From Candidatus Nanopelagicales bacterium (GTDB lineage Bacteria; Actinomycetota; Actinomycetes; S36-B12; UBA10799): a stretch of DNA of 64,000 bases. The notes beneath the pieces were generated by a model. The model saw only the letters and a list, made by a program, of their open reading frames with translations, had not been told where the DNA came from and did no database searches. The stretch covers positions 35,399-99,398 of the forward strand of contig JAGNDY010000001.1 in the NCBI GenBank assembly GCA_018003655.1, given 5' to 3'. Of the stretch, positions 53,392-62,397 are shown piece after piece. The number at the start of each line of letters is the position of its first letter. Position 1 is the first letter of the stretch. Both the position numbers and the translations under genes were made by a program.

Positions 53392-54075
53392 ATGGACATT
53401 CACGATCGCCTTGATGACATTGCCAGCTTGCTGGAAACGGCACGCGCGGTGCCACTGTCAACGTCTTGCGTGGTCCCACGGCATGAGGCACTGGACCTGA
53501 TCGAGGACGCTCGCGCCGCCTTGCCCGATGCCATCGTGGAAGCGGACGACATTCTCGCCGAGCGTGAGGACCTGCTTGAGGAGGCCCAACGCGAGGCTGG
53601 CGAGACTCTTCACGGCGCCCACGCCGAGGCGACTCAGTTGGTGACGGCGGCCCAACAAGACGCCGACCGCATCGTCGACAACGCCCGCTCCGACGCCGAT
53701 GAGTTCCTTGACCGTGCGCGCGCTGAGGGTCGGCGGATGATTGACGAGCAAGAAGTCCTGATCATCGCCCAGCAGGAGGCGGCCTCGCTCATCGAGGACG
53801 CCGAACTGCGGGCGAGGGCTATCGTTGAGGACGCTGCCCAAGAGGCGGAGGCGCTGGCAGCCCAGGCTCGCGAACAGACATCCGCCGAACGACTGCAGAC
53901 CGACGAGTTCGTCGATGGAAAGCTCGCGGACCTCGAGGAGTCGCTCGCGACCTCGCTATCGGCGGTCCGTCGCGGACGCGACCGCGTCCATGCTCGGCGC
54001 GCGGCTTTTGATCCCGTCGACTTGCGTTCGTCGAACGAGGACCCAGCCATGATTTTCGATCAGGTCTTCGAATGA
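53392..54075 (+). CDS. Coiled-coil DivIVA-related protein (SepIVA/Rv2927c-like)
   Basis: A 227-aa acidic, Ala/Glu/Arg-rich helical protein. The N-terminal 'LETARAVPLSTSCVVPRHEALDLIEDARAALP' and C-terminal 'DEFVDGKLADLEESL...LSAVRRGRDRV' blocks match my recollection of the mycobacterial protein encoded upstream of the DUF177 gene. Confidence 0.55.
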   Translation: MDIHDRLDDIASLLETARAVPLSTSCVVPRHEALDLIEDARAALPDAIVEADDILAEREDLLEEAQREAGETLHGAHAEATQLVTAAQQDADRIVDNARSDADEFLDRARAEGRRMIDEQEVLIIAQQEAASLIEDAELRARAIVEDAAQEAEALAAQAREQTSAERLQTDEFVDGKLADLEESLATSLSAVRRGRDRVHARRAAFDPVDLRSSNEDPAMIFDQVFE

Positions 54076-54241
54076 GCTCGCGCTAGCGACGCGGGCGTCA
54101 CCCGTAGCGGCTACTTGCCCGCTACCCGATCGGCGAATCCGCACGTGGCCGCGAGGGTGCGTACCGGATTTGTCGGGCTGCTAGCCTTAGACCACGTCCT
54201 CTTTCATGGATTGATCCATCCACACTGCCGCGGGAGCCATT

Positions 54242-54820
54242 GTGTCAGCCCTCGACGGTCGCGCACCGTTCGTTCTTGATGTCCGAGAACTAGGTCGTCG
54301 CGCCGGCGCGATGCTGACTTTGGCGATCACGCAACCGGCACCGGCGGATCTGCACAATCCCATGATCGGGGTTCCCGAGGGATCCGATGTTGCCATGAAC
54401 CTGATGGCCGAGTCGGTGATCGAAGGGGTGCTCATCACGGGCACCGTCGAGGTGACGATCGCTGGCTCATGCAGCCGGTGCTTGGAACCGGTGACCGATT
54501 CACTTGAGGTCGACATACAGGAACTATTCCGGTACGCCGACCTCGACGACGGCAACGAAGACGACGACAACGAACTGCCGACGCTCGACGACGATTTGAT
54601 CAACATCGAGCCGACGCTTCGCGACGCGGTTGTGTTAGCACTACCGCTCGCACCGGTGTGTAGCGAGGAATGCCAGGGTCTGTGTCCCGACTGCGGGATC
54701 CGCTTGGCTGACGAACCTGGGCACCAGCACGAACAGCTCGACCCACGGTGGGCCGCGCTCACTGGGCTGTTGACCGAGACCAACAGCGGCGAGAGCCGCG
54801 AAGAAGATGTGAAGGACTGA
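54242..54820 (+). CDS. yceD: YceD/DUF177 family protein (23S rRNA/large-subunit accumulation protein)
   Basis: A 192-aa ORF with two Cys pairs, 'CSRCLEP' and 'CSEECQGLCPDCG', in an acidic protein located immediately upstream of rpmF. Confidence 0.85.
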   Translation: MSALDGRAPFVLDVRELGRRAGAMLTLAITQPAPADLHNPMIGVPEGSDVAMNLMAESVIEGVLITGTVEVTIAGSCSRCLEPVTDSLEVDIQELFRYADLDDGNEDDDNELPTLDDDLINIEPTLRDAVVLALPLAPVCSEECQGLCPDCGIRLADEPGHQHEQLDPRWAALTGLLTETNSGESREEDVKD

Positions 54821-54823
54821 GCA

Positions 54824-55000
54824 GTGGCTGTCCCCAAGCGCAAGATGTCGCGAAGCAACACCCGTTCCAGGCGATCGCAGTGGAAGGGCAAGCTGCCGCA
54901 GATCAACAAGACCGTCCGCAACGGACGCACCGAGTACTCGGTGTCGCACCGGGTCGATTCAGACGGCCGTTACAACAATCGCCAGGTCCTCGAGGACTAA
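54824..55000 (+). CDS. rpmF: 50S ribosomal protein L32
   Basis: This gene is absent from the ORF track because it is under 60 aa. I translated it by hand from GTG 54824: '[58 protein letters not shown]', 58 aa, TAA at 54998-55000. It has the canonical L32 N-terminus and the canonical yceD-rpmF arrangement. Confidence 0.85.
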   Translation: MAVPKRKMSRSNTRSRRSQWKGKLPQINKTVRNGRTEYSVSHRVDSDGRYNNRQVLED

Positions 55001-55018
55001 TCGACCGTTCGAGTCGTT

Positions 55019-55309
55019 ATGGCGCAATCAGCTGAGCCGCAGGATCATGCTCCGGTCATTCCATCCTCGATGGACGTGACCTGTCGAGCGCTCGCGCACG
55101 TCTTGGACATTTCGCCAACCAACCTGCGCGCTGACACTCCGCTAGCCGACATCGGCGCGGACTCGGTGGCGGTCATCGTCTTCGCCGACGTTGCGCTCGG
55201 GTTTGGCGCCTATCCCGGTGCGCCCAGGATTCGCGTCGACAATGACGCCCTGCGAGTCGCGGCATCGGTCGGCGATCTTGCTGACTGTCTTACGGTCAGC
55301 CAACCGTGA
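55019..55309 (+). CDS. Hypothetical small protein with carrier-protein-like 'GADS' motif
   Basis: A 96-aa ORF that fills the otherwise empty 305-nt rpmF-rnc gap. Its stop overlaps the rnc GTG (GTGA at 55306-55309). '[17 protein letters not shown]' resembles the (D/E)LGxDS Ppant-attachment motif. The assignment is tentative. Confidence 0.4.
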   Translation: MAQSAEPQDHAPVIPSSMDVTCRALAHVLDISPTNLRADTPLADIGADSVAVIVFADVALGFGAYPGAPRIRVDNDALRVAASVGDLADCLTVSQP

Positions 55310-56028
55310 AGACCGATAGCGGGCCGCTCGCGCAGATCATCGGCGTGGCACTGTCTCCGGCGTTGCTCAGCTTGGCGCTGACTCACCGATCGTTCGCCTA
55401 CGAGAATGGCGGGATCGCCACCAACGAACGGTTGGAGTTCCTCGGCGACTCGGTGCTGGGCCTGGTTGTCACCGACACGCTCTACCGGGATTTTCCAGAA
55501 CTTCCTGAGGGTCAACTGGCGAAGATGCGGGCCTCCATCGTCAACTCCAAGTCGCTTGCTCAGGTTGCCCGGACAGTTGGCCTCGGCGAGTACATCCGGT
55601 TGGGCCGAGGTGAGCTGGGAACCGGTGGAGCGGACAAATCCTCAATCCTGGCCGACACGCTTGAGGCGGTCATCGGCGCCGTTTATATGGAATGTGGTCT
55701 GGAGGAAGTCAGAGCCCTCCTGCACCGGCTATTCGATCCGGTAATCGAGCGCGCCGCTGGTCTCGGCGCTGGCCTCGATTGGAAGACCAGCCTGCAGGAG
55801 TTATCGGCCACCTGCGGCCTGGGGGTGCCCGAATATATGGTGACCGATTCGGGACCCGATCACAGCAAGAGATTCGCAGCGCACGTGAGGCTTGGTGACA
55901 CCGACTACCCATCACGTCCAGGAGGGTCAAAGAAGGAGGCCGAGCAGCGCGCTGCGGAGGCAGCCTGGAAGCACATCGACCGTGCCCGAGGCGGTCACGC
56001 GGCGGACACGGATGCCAGAACTTCCTGA
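55306..56028 (+). CDS. rnc: Ribonuclease III
   Basis: A 240-aa ORF. 'LALTHRSF', '[16 protein letters not shown]' (the RNase III signature) and a C-terminal dsRBD ('GPDHSKRF...[12 protein letters not shown]'). Confidence 0.9.
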   Translation: MKTDSGPLAQIIGVALSPALLSLALTHRSFAYENGGIATNERLEFLGDSVLGLVVTDTLYRDFPELPEGQLAKMRASIVNSKSLAQVARTVGLGEYIRLGRGELGTGGADKSSILADTLEAVIGAVYMECGLEEVRALLHRLFDPVIERAAGLGAGLDWKTSLQELSATCGLGVPEYMVTDSGPDHSKRFAAHVRLGDTDYPSRPGGSKKEAEQRAAEAAWKHIDRARGGHAADTDARTS

Positions 56029-56905
56029 GGTCGAGGTTGTTCGGCGAGGGGTCGACGATTGGACTACCTCGCGGCGGATCGAGACGGTTTCGGTCCATCA
56101 TCCGCGGGCGGTCCGCCGACATCTGGCGGGGCCGCAGGACTTTGTCGGCCGATTAACGGGCGCATTGGTGCGTGGAACGGGCCGCCGTGGCAAGTACATG
56201 TGGCTTGACCTGGACTCCGGGGATCTGCTGGTGGTTCACCTGGGGATGAGCGGCCAGTTGCGCATTGTCGCGCCGGGCACCATCGCCGACCCGCACCTGC
56301 GTGTGCGGATAGGTTTCGCCGACGGCCGCGACGAGCTGCATTTCATCGATCAACGAACCTTTGGCGCTCTCTTCCTCGACCAGCCCGTCGGCCCCGACGG
56401 GGTGCCCTCCCGAATTGCCCACATCGCTCGGGACCCGTTCGATCCGCTCTTCGATGCCAGCGAAGTCACGCGACGAATCAGGTTGAGTTCGAGTCCGATC
56501 AAGGCGCTCCTGCTTGACCAGAACATCGTGGCAGGCGTCGGCAACATCTATGCGGACGAGGCTCTGTGGCGCTCCAAGATCAACTGGGAGCGACCCGGCC
56601 GAAGTCTGCCAACTGCCAGGGTCAAGCATTTGTTGGCTAACGCCGCGCAGGTGATGACCGAGGCGCTTGAGGTCGGCGGGACGTCCTTCGACGCCTTGTA
56701 CGTGAACATCAATGGCACTAGTGGCTACTTCAGTCGCAGTCTGGTTGCCTACGGGCAGGCGGGGATGCCGTGCCCGCGGTGCGGGACGGTGATCATTCGG
56801 GAGAGGTTCGCGAACAGGTCGTCCTTCCGCTGCCCACGGTGCCAACGGCGTTCACGGCGACCGGTGACGGGCGGAGGCAGGGCGGCGAGCAGCGTCGGCG
56901 ATTGA
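56012..56905 (+). CDS. mutM: Formamidopyrimidine-DNA glycosylase
   Basis: I trimmed the ORF to ATG 56012. '[13 protein letters not shown]' is the canonical Fpg N-terminus. The H2TH motif and a C-terminal zinc finger 'CPRCG......R.S..CP.CQ' are present. It overlaps rnc by 17 nt. Confidence 0.9.
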   Translation: MPELPEVEVVRRGVDDWTTSRRIETVSVHHPRAVRRHLAGPQDFVGRLTGALVRGTGRRGKYMWLDLDSGDLLVVHLGMSGQLRIVAPGTIADPHLRVRIGFADGRDELHFIDQRTFGALFLDQPVGPDGVPSRIAHIARDPFDPLFDASEVTRRIRLSSSPIKALLLDQNIVAGVGNIYADEALWRSKINWERPGRSLPTARVKHLLANAAQVMTEALEVGGTSFDALYVNINGTSGYFSRSLVAYGQAGMPCPRCGTVIIRERFANRSSFRCPRCQRRSRRPVTGGGRAASSVGD

Positions 56906-57088
56906 GCCGGACCAGGTCAGCGATCCTCACCTGACGTCGACGCGATGATCGTCACGTCGTGTTGTGCTTGACGCTCTGCGGGGGGACTGTCACCCTGAGG
57001 TTCAGGTCAGAACACTCACTGGCGTCGTCAAGGTTGTCGAGATGGCCGGGTGTTTCCAATTGTCGTCATTTGGTCTCAAGGGAGAGTC

Positions 57089-57310
57089 ATGGCTAAGGCC
57101 CTGCTGGGTCACGTCGGAAGCGACCACCTGTTGCGCGGCGAGGTGCTGAGCTTGCGCGCGCGTGTTCGCCAACTAGAGGCGGAAATCGACCAACTGCGCT
57201 GCGAACTGGCCGCCCAGTCGGTCGCCTTAAATTCAGTCGTCGATGTCAAAGACGCCGACCTGCATGCCGAGCTCGCTGGTCTCGATCACGCCACGCCTGC
57301 ACTGGCCTAA
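57089..57310 (+). CDS. Hypothetical small coiled-coil protein
   Basis: I trimmed the ORF to ATG 57089, which follows AAGGGAGAG. It encodes 73 aa, 'MAKALLGHVGSDHLLRGEVLSLRARVRQLEAEIDQLRCELAAQ...'. I recognise no family. Confidence 0.4.
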   Translation: MAKALLGHVGSDHLLRGEVLSLRARVRQLEAEIDQLRCELAAQSVALNSVVDVKDADLHAELAGLDHATPALA

Positions 57311-57394
57311 CCAACAGATAGTCGATTCGCGGTTACGCTGGGGTCTCTTCCCCGCATTATCCGTCGATGGCGCGCGCCATCATGATCGGCTGGA

Positions 57395-60300
57395 GTGGGC
57401 TTGCATCTCAAGAGCCTGACCATCAAGGGTTTCAAATCCTTCGCGTCAGCAACCACGCTGGACTTCGAACCGGGAATCACCTGCGTGGTGGGCCCGAACG
57501 GTTCAGGCAAGTCCAACGTTGTGGATGCCATCGCCTGGGTCATGGGAGAGCAGGGAGCCAAGTCTCTGCGTGGCGGCAAGATGGACGACGTCATCTTCGC
57601 CGGCACCTCCGGTCGTGCGCCACTCGGGCGAGCCGAGGTTATCCTCACGATCGACAACAGCGACGGCGCTCTGCCGATCGACTACACCGAAGTGACCATT
57701 GCCCGCACCTTGTTCCGAACCGGCGGATCTGAGTACGCGATCAACGCCACGCCCTGCCGCCTGCTCGACGTGCAGGAGTTGCTGTCGGATTCAGGTATTG
57801 GCCGCGAGATGCATGTCATCGTCGGCCAAGGTCGGCTCGATTCGATTCTGCACGCCACTGCGGAGGATCGCCGCGGCTTCATCGAGGAGGCAGCCGGGGT
57901 TCTCAAACATCGCAAGCGCAAGGAGAAGGCGCTACGCAAGCTTGACGCGATGTCGGCGAATCTGACCAGGCTGCAAGACTTGACGGGAGAGCTCCGCCGT
58001 CAACTCAAACCCCTCGGACGCCAGGCTGAAGTGGCCCGCCGGGCGCAGGTCATTCAGTCCGATGTCCGGGACGCTCGGTTGCGCCTTTTGGCCGACGACC
58101 TGCTCCTGCTCCAAGGGGCGCTGCAGCAAGAGGAAGCCGACGAGGCGATGTTGCGTGAGCGGCGCGACTCGCTGGAGAAGCAGCTCAATGACGCCCGTGA
58201 TCGGGAGTCATTGGTCGAGGCCGCAGTCAACGATGAGGCACCGCAACTGCAACGTGTGAACGACGTTCATCTGCGGTTGACGGCTCTTCGTGAGAGGTTC
58301 GCCGGGTTGATCAGCCTGGCCAGCGAGCGAGCCAAACACCTCGACGAGGTGGAGCTGGAGCGGGGTGGGTCTGACCCCGACGAGTTGGATCGGCAGGCAG
58401 ATTCGCTCGCCGCCGATGCGCAGACGTTGGCCTCGCAGATCGCGACACTCGAAGGTGCCCTGACCGAACGAGTGACCGAATCCAGCGCCGCCGACGACGA
58501 ACTTGCCACGGCTACCGCCCTGGTTACCGAGCTCGAGGCCGCGCGGGCGAAGCGGCGCGAGACCCACGCGCGCTTGGAGGGTGACCTGCGAACGGCCACC
58601 TCCGTGGTGACTGCGCGCGAGGCCGAACTTGATGGACTAACCGAACAGTTGGCGCAATCCGAGCGACGCCTCGTCCCGCTTCGCAACGAGGTCGATCGGC
58701 TGACCACGTCCACGCAGCCTGAGCAAGCCTTGGTCGCTCCAGTTCAGCGCCGCCACGATGAGGCGGTCGCCGAGAGGAACGTTGCCCACGCCGCTGTGGA
58801 AGCGGCTCGGGATGAGTTCCAGCGCGCTTCTCGCGATCACGCAGGAGTCTGCGCGCGGATTGAAGCGCTGACGATGAGCCTCAAACAGGGCGGGCCGCAG
58901 TCGCTCGACGATGCCCCGGTTCGGCTGCTCGGACTGGTCTCAGACGCCCTCCGGATCGATAGCGGCTGGGAGACTGCGGTCGAGGCTGCGCTTGCGTGGA
59001 CAACGGATGCTCAAGCACTGGCAGTCGCCGACATCGCGGACGCGGTCGCCACCCTGCGCCACATCCGGAACGGCTCGAACGGGCGCGCCACGCTGGTTAT
59101 CGCCAACGAAGACCCTACACGCGAGTTCGCCGGTAAGGCGCCGCTGTCCGAAGGCACTTGGGCGGCGACTGCTATCTCTGCTGCTCACGCCGACGGAGCC
59201 GCCCGGGTGGCAGCGGCTGTGCAGCGGCTCCTGGGTAACGTCGTGTTGGTCGATGATCTGGAGGCTGCGGCACGGGTTGTCGCTCGCGAATCCGGTGTGG
59301 TGGCCGCAACCCGCGGCGGTGACATCTTGTCCCCCACGGCTGCGTCCGGTGGCGACGCCGCCGCCGGTCGGCTGCTGCTGATTGGCGAGGTGCAGTCCGC
59401 CGAGGCCAAGGCACATGGCCTGTCTGTCGGATTGCCTGTGCTGGAACGGAAGTTGACGCAGGCGACCGAAGCTTTTGAAGACGCCCGCGGCCAGGTCAAA
59501 GCAGTTGCCCAAGAGGTTGCCGCAGTCTCGGCCGAGGCGAGCGCACAGGCCTCGGAACTGACAGTTGCCAACTCACGATTGGCAAGTGCAACCGAAGAGG
59601 CCGACCGCCTATCTGCAGCTGAGCAGCGTGCCCGGTTGGCCATCCATGCCGAAGTGCAGGCAGTTGAACTGGCTCGGCAGCGACTCATCGACCATGAGCA
59701 GTCGCAGTCGCAATCTGAGCAGGTGACCCTGGACGGTTTGCCGAATCTCGATGAACTCAGAGAGACTGTGGTCCTGCGACGCCAGCAGGAGATGGACGCG
59801 CGGCTTGCCGTGCGCACGGCGCAGGAGCGCAAGGCAGCGATCGAGGCACGGGAACGGGATCTGCGAACCAGCGCCCACGCCGAGCGGGAAGCATCGCAGC
59901 GAGCGATCGAGGCCCGCGCACAGCGCGTCGCCCGCGCCAAGACAGCCGTTCGAGTGCTGGACGTCGCCCGCGCGGGTGCCGGTCTTGTTGAGCAGGCGTT
60001 GTCGCAATCGGCGGTGCGCCGCCTGGCCGGGGAGCAAGCGAGCCAGGAGCGCACCCAGGAGTTGGCGGGGCTCAGATCGACAATTCGGGAGTTGGCCGGT
60101 CACATTGCCGAACTGACCAGCGATGTCCACCGCGACGAGATCGCCCGTGCCGAGCAGCGACTGCGGGTGGAGCAGTTGGAAGCCAAGGCGCTGGAGGAGC
60201 ATGGTGTTGGCTTAGCGGAATTGATTGCCGAATACGGCCCGGAAGTGCCGGTACCGCCGTCAGCAGCTGCGCCGGGCGACGAGGTCGATCCGGAAGAACC

Positions 60301-60982
60301 CGAACCTCAGCCCTACCCGTTTGTGCGTTCCGAGCAGGAGAAGCGGCTGCGGCTCGCGGAGAGGTCCATGGCGTTACTCGGTCGGGTGAATCCATTGGCG
60401 CTTGAGGAGTTCGCTGCCATGGAGGAGCGCCATGTGTTCCTCACCACCCAACTCGAGGATCTCAAGCAAAGCCGCAGGGACTTGCTCGACATCGTCGCCG
60501 AGGTCGATGAGCGGGTTCAGCAAGTCTTCGCAGAGGCTTTTGCCGACGTAACCAGAGAGTTCAGTGAGGTGTTCGAGCGCTTGTTCCCAGGTGGCGAAGG
60601 CCGCCTGGTCTTGACCGAGCCGGATGATCTGTTGGCGACCGGAGTGGAAGTTGAAGCACGACCGGCGGGCAAGCGGGTCAAGCGCCTGTCGCTGCTTTCC
60701 GGCGGTGAGAGGTCACTGACCGCGGTCGCGTTCCTGGTTGCACTGTTCAAGGCCCGACCTAGCCCGTTCTATCTACTCGACGAGGTCGAAGCTGCGCTCG
60801 ACGATGTCAACCTCGGTCGCCTCATCGGACTGCTAGCTGAGTTGCGCGACACCAGCCAGCTGCTGGTGATCACTCACCAGAAACGGACGATGGAGATCGC
60901 CGACGCCCTTTACGGAGTCACCATGCGTGAGGGTGTGACGCAGGTAATCAGTCAGCGGATGCGGGAGCTGACTCCCGCGTAG
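57395..60982 (+). CDS. smc: Chromosome segregation protein SMC
   Basis: A 1195-aa ORF. 'LKSLTIKGFKSFA....L.F.PGIT.VVGPNGSGKSNV.DA', long coiled coils, a central hinge, then C-terminal 'LSGGE.SLTA.A....F...PSPFY.LDEV.AALDD'. The start could be GTG 57395 or TTG 57401. Confidence 0.9.
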   Translation: MGLHLKSLTIKGFKSFASATTLDFEPGITCVVGPNGSGKSNVVDAIAWVMGEQGAKSLRGGKMDDVIFAGTSGRAPLGRAEVILTIDNSDGALPIDYTEVTIARTLFRTGGSEYAINATPCRLLDVQELLSDSGIGREMHVIVGQGRLDSILHATAEDRRGFIEEAAGVLKHRKRKEKALRKLDAMSANLTRLQDLTGELRRQLKPLGRQAEVARRAQVIQSDVRDARLRLLADDLLLLQGALQQEEADEAMLRERRDSLEKQLNDARDRESLVEAAVNDEAPQLQRVNDVHLRLTALRERFAGLISLASERAKHLDEVELERGGSDPDELDRQADSLAADAQTLASQIATLEGALTERVTESSAADDELATATALVTELEAARAKRRETHARLEGDLRTATSVVTAREAELDGLTEQLAQSERRLVPLRNEVDRLTTSTQPEQALVAPVQRRHDEAVAERNVAHAAVEAARDEFQRASRDHAGVCARIEALTMSLKQGGPQSLDDAPVRLLGLVSDALRIDSGWETAVEAALAWTTDAQALAVADIADAVATLRHIRNGSNGRATLVIANEDPTREFAGKAPLSEGTWAATAISAAHADGAARVAAAVQRLLGNVVLVDDLEAAARVVARESGVVAATRGGDILSPTAASGGDAAAGRLLLIGEVQSAEAKAHGLSVGLPVLERKLTQATEAFEDARGQVKAVAQEVAAVSAEASAQASELTVANSRLASATEEADRLSAAEQRARLAIHAEVQAVELARQRLIDHEQSQSQSEQVTLDGLPNLDELRETVVLRRQQEMDARLAVRTAQERKAAIEARERDLRTSAHAEREASQRAIEARAQRVARAKTAVRVLDVARAGAGLVEQALSQSAVRRLAGEQASQERTQELAGLRSTIRELAGHIAELTSDVHRDEIARAEQRLRVEQLEAKALEEHGVGLAELIAEYGPEVPVPPSAAAPGDEVDPEEPEPQPYPFVRSEQEKRLRLAERSMALLGRVNPLALEEFAAMEERHVFLTTQLEDLKQSRRDLLDIVAEVDERVQQVFAEAFADVTREFSEVFERLFPGGEGRLVLTEPDDLLATGVEVEARPAGKRVKRLSLLSGGERSLTAVAFLVALFKARPSPFYLLDEVEAALDDVNLGRLIGLLAELRDTSQLLVITHQKRTMEIADALYGVTMREGVTQVISQRMRELTPA

Positions 60983-61018
60983 TTCCGCACGACAACAACA
61001 TGGTGGAACACTGTCCTC

Positions 61019-62182
61019 GTGGACTCCATCGTGCTGTACATCATTATCGGCGTTGTCATCCTGCTGTTCCTCGCGGTTGCCGTCGTTGGACTTGTTCGCG
61101 GCCGTGGCAAGCAAGGACCTCCCAAAGGCCTGACCGGTGGGGGAGCGTCCACCGATGAGGTGCAGACAGGCGTCCAAGTGCCCGCGCCGCGCGGCGTTGA
61201 ACCGGAGACTCCGGACACCGGTGAGGCCGCCGCCGGGGTTGGTCTGCTTGAGCGACCAGAGGCAGCAGCGGGTCGGTTGGCGCGGCTGCGGGCGCGGCTG
61301 GCCGGCAGCAGCAAACTCGGCCAGGGGCTGCTCGCCCTGCTCTCGCGTGGACAGTTGGACGCCGACACTTGGGATGAGATCGAAGAGACGCTGCTGATGT
61401 CCGATCTCGGCATTGGGCCAACGACCGAACTCATGGAGCGCCTTCGGACGGAAGTGAAAGTCCAGGGCACCCGCGACCCGGTCGAGATCAAAGCGATCCT
61501 GCGGGCCGAACTCCTCCGACTCATCGACCCGCAGATGGACCGATCGCTCGCTGACAAACGAAACATGGTCCTCGACGTTCCCGCCGTCATGCTGATCGTG
61601 GGGGTCAACGGGACGGGCAAGACGACTACCACTGGAAAGCTTGCCCGACTGCTCGTGGCCAGCGATGAGGACGTGGTCTTGGGCGCGGCCGACACCTTCC
61701 GGGCGGCTGCTGCCGAGCAACTGACGACGTGGGGTCAGCGCGTAGGTGTGCCGGTGGTTCGCGGACCAGAGGGCGGGGATCCCGCATCCGTCGCATTCGA
61801 GGCAGTCACCGCGGGAATCGAGAGTGAGTCCGACGTGGTGCTGATCGACACTGCAGGCCGGCTCCATACCAAAGTCGGCCTCATGGACGAGCTCGGAAAG
61901 GTCAAGCGAGTCATCGAGAAGCAAGCGCCGGTAACCGAGGTGCTGCTGGTGCTGGACGCGACAACTGGTCAGAACGGCCTGACTCAGGCCAGGGTCTTCG
62001 GTGAAGTGGTCAACGTGACCGGTGTCGTGCTCACCAAGCTCGACGGCACCGCCAAGGGCGGCATCGTGATCGCCGTGCAACGTGAACTCGGCGTTCCGGT
62101 CAAACTCGTGGGCCTGGGCGAAGGTCCCGACGACCTGGCTGCGTTTGAGCCAGAGGTGTTCGTCGACGCCATGCTTGGCTGA
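61019..62182 (+). CDS. ftsY: Signal recognition particle receptor FtsY (with N-terminal TM helix)
   Basis: A 387-aa ORF. 'IVGVNGTGKTTTTGKLA', 'DTFRAAA.EQL', 'IDTAGRLH' and 'TKLDGTAKGG' are SRP-GTPase motifs. The N-terminus 'IVLYIIIGVVILLFLAVAVVGLV' is hydrophobic. Confidence 0.9.
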   Translation: MDSIVLYIIIGVVILLFLAVAVVGLVRGRGKQGPPKGLTGGGASTDEVQTGVQVPAPRGVEPETPDTGEAAAGVGLLERPEAAAGRLARLRARLAGSSKLGQGLLALLSRGQLDADTWDEIEETLLMSDLGIGPTTELMERLRTEVKVQGTRDPVEIKAILRAELLRLIDPQMDRSLADKRNMVLDVPAVMLIVGVNGTGKTTTTGKLARLLVASDEDVVLGAADTFRAAAAEQLTTWGQRVGVPVVRGPEGGDPASVAFEAVTAGIESESDVVLIDTAGRLHTKVGLMDELGKVKRVIEKQAPVTEVLLVLDATTGQNGLTQARVFGEVVNVTGVVLTKLDGTAKGGIVIAVQRELGVPVKLVGLGEGPDDLAAFEPEVFVDAMLG

Positions 62183-62302
62183 GTCGCGCCTGTGCACACC
62201 ACAGTGGGCAACCGCGCCGGACAAGCAATTCTGAACGCCCGACACATCGTCGTAACACGGCCGAGGCGACTGCAACGCCGGTGAAACAACTCCCTTCATA
62301 AC

Positions 62303-62340
62303 GTCACTTGCCGGAAATGCCGCCGGTGACTTTGCGAAAC
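62303..62340. promoter_or_regulatory. Candidate GlnR-type operator (a/b half-sites) upstream of amt-glnB
   Basis: Read directly: GTCAC(62303)-N6-GAAAT(62314)-N7-GTGAC(62326)-N5-GAAAC(62336). A further GCAAC-N6-GAAAC lies at 62272-62287. This resembles the actinomycete GlnR consensus gTnAc-n6-GaAAc, but the spacings are imperfect. Confidence 0.4.
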
Positions 62341-62397
62341 AGCCTTTCCGCAGAGTTGCCGCTGTCAACCCGGATAGATTCTGAAAGGAGTTGGGAG

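Noticed and set aside
54187-54930. A 247-aa minus-strand Ser-rich ORF.
   Set aside because: It is antisense to yceD and the rpmF start, and the plus-strand genes are well supported.
54748-55035. A 95-aa plus-strand ORF overlapping the yceD end and rpmF.
   Set aside because: It is in the wrong frame. The L32 frame (54824-55000) gives a canonical ribosomal protein.
59185-60054. A 289-aa minus-strand ORF rich in Ala, Arg and Ser. The overlapping 59609-60202 ORF belongs with it.
   Set aside because: Both are antisense to the SMC coiled-coil region. They are low-complexity and have no motifs.
60833-62368. A 511-aa minus-strand ORF spanning the smc end, ftsY and the amt upstream region.
   Set aside because: It is antisense to unmistakable ftsY (SRP GTPase motifs) and crosses two intergenic regions. 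This is a long shadow ORF caused by stop-codon scarcity at high GC.
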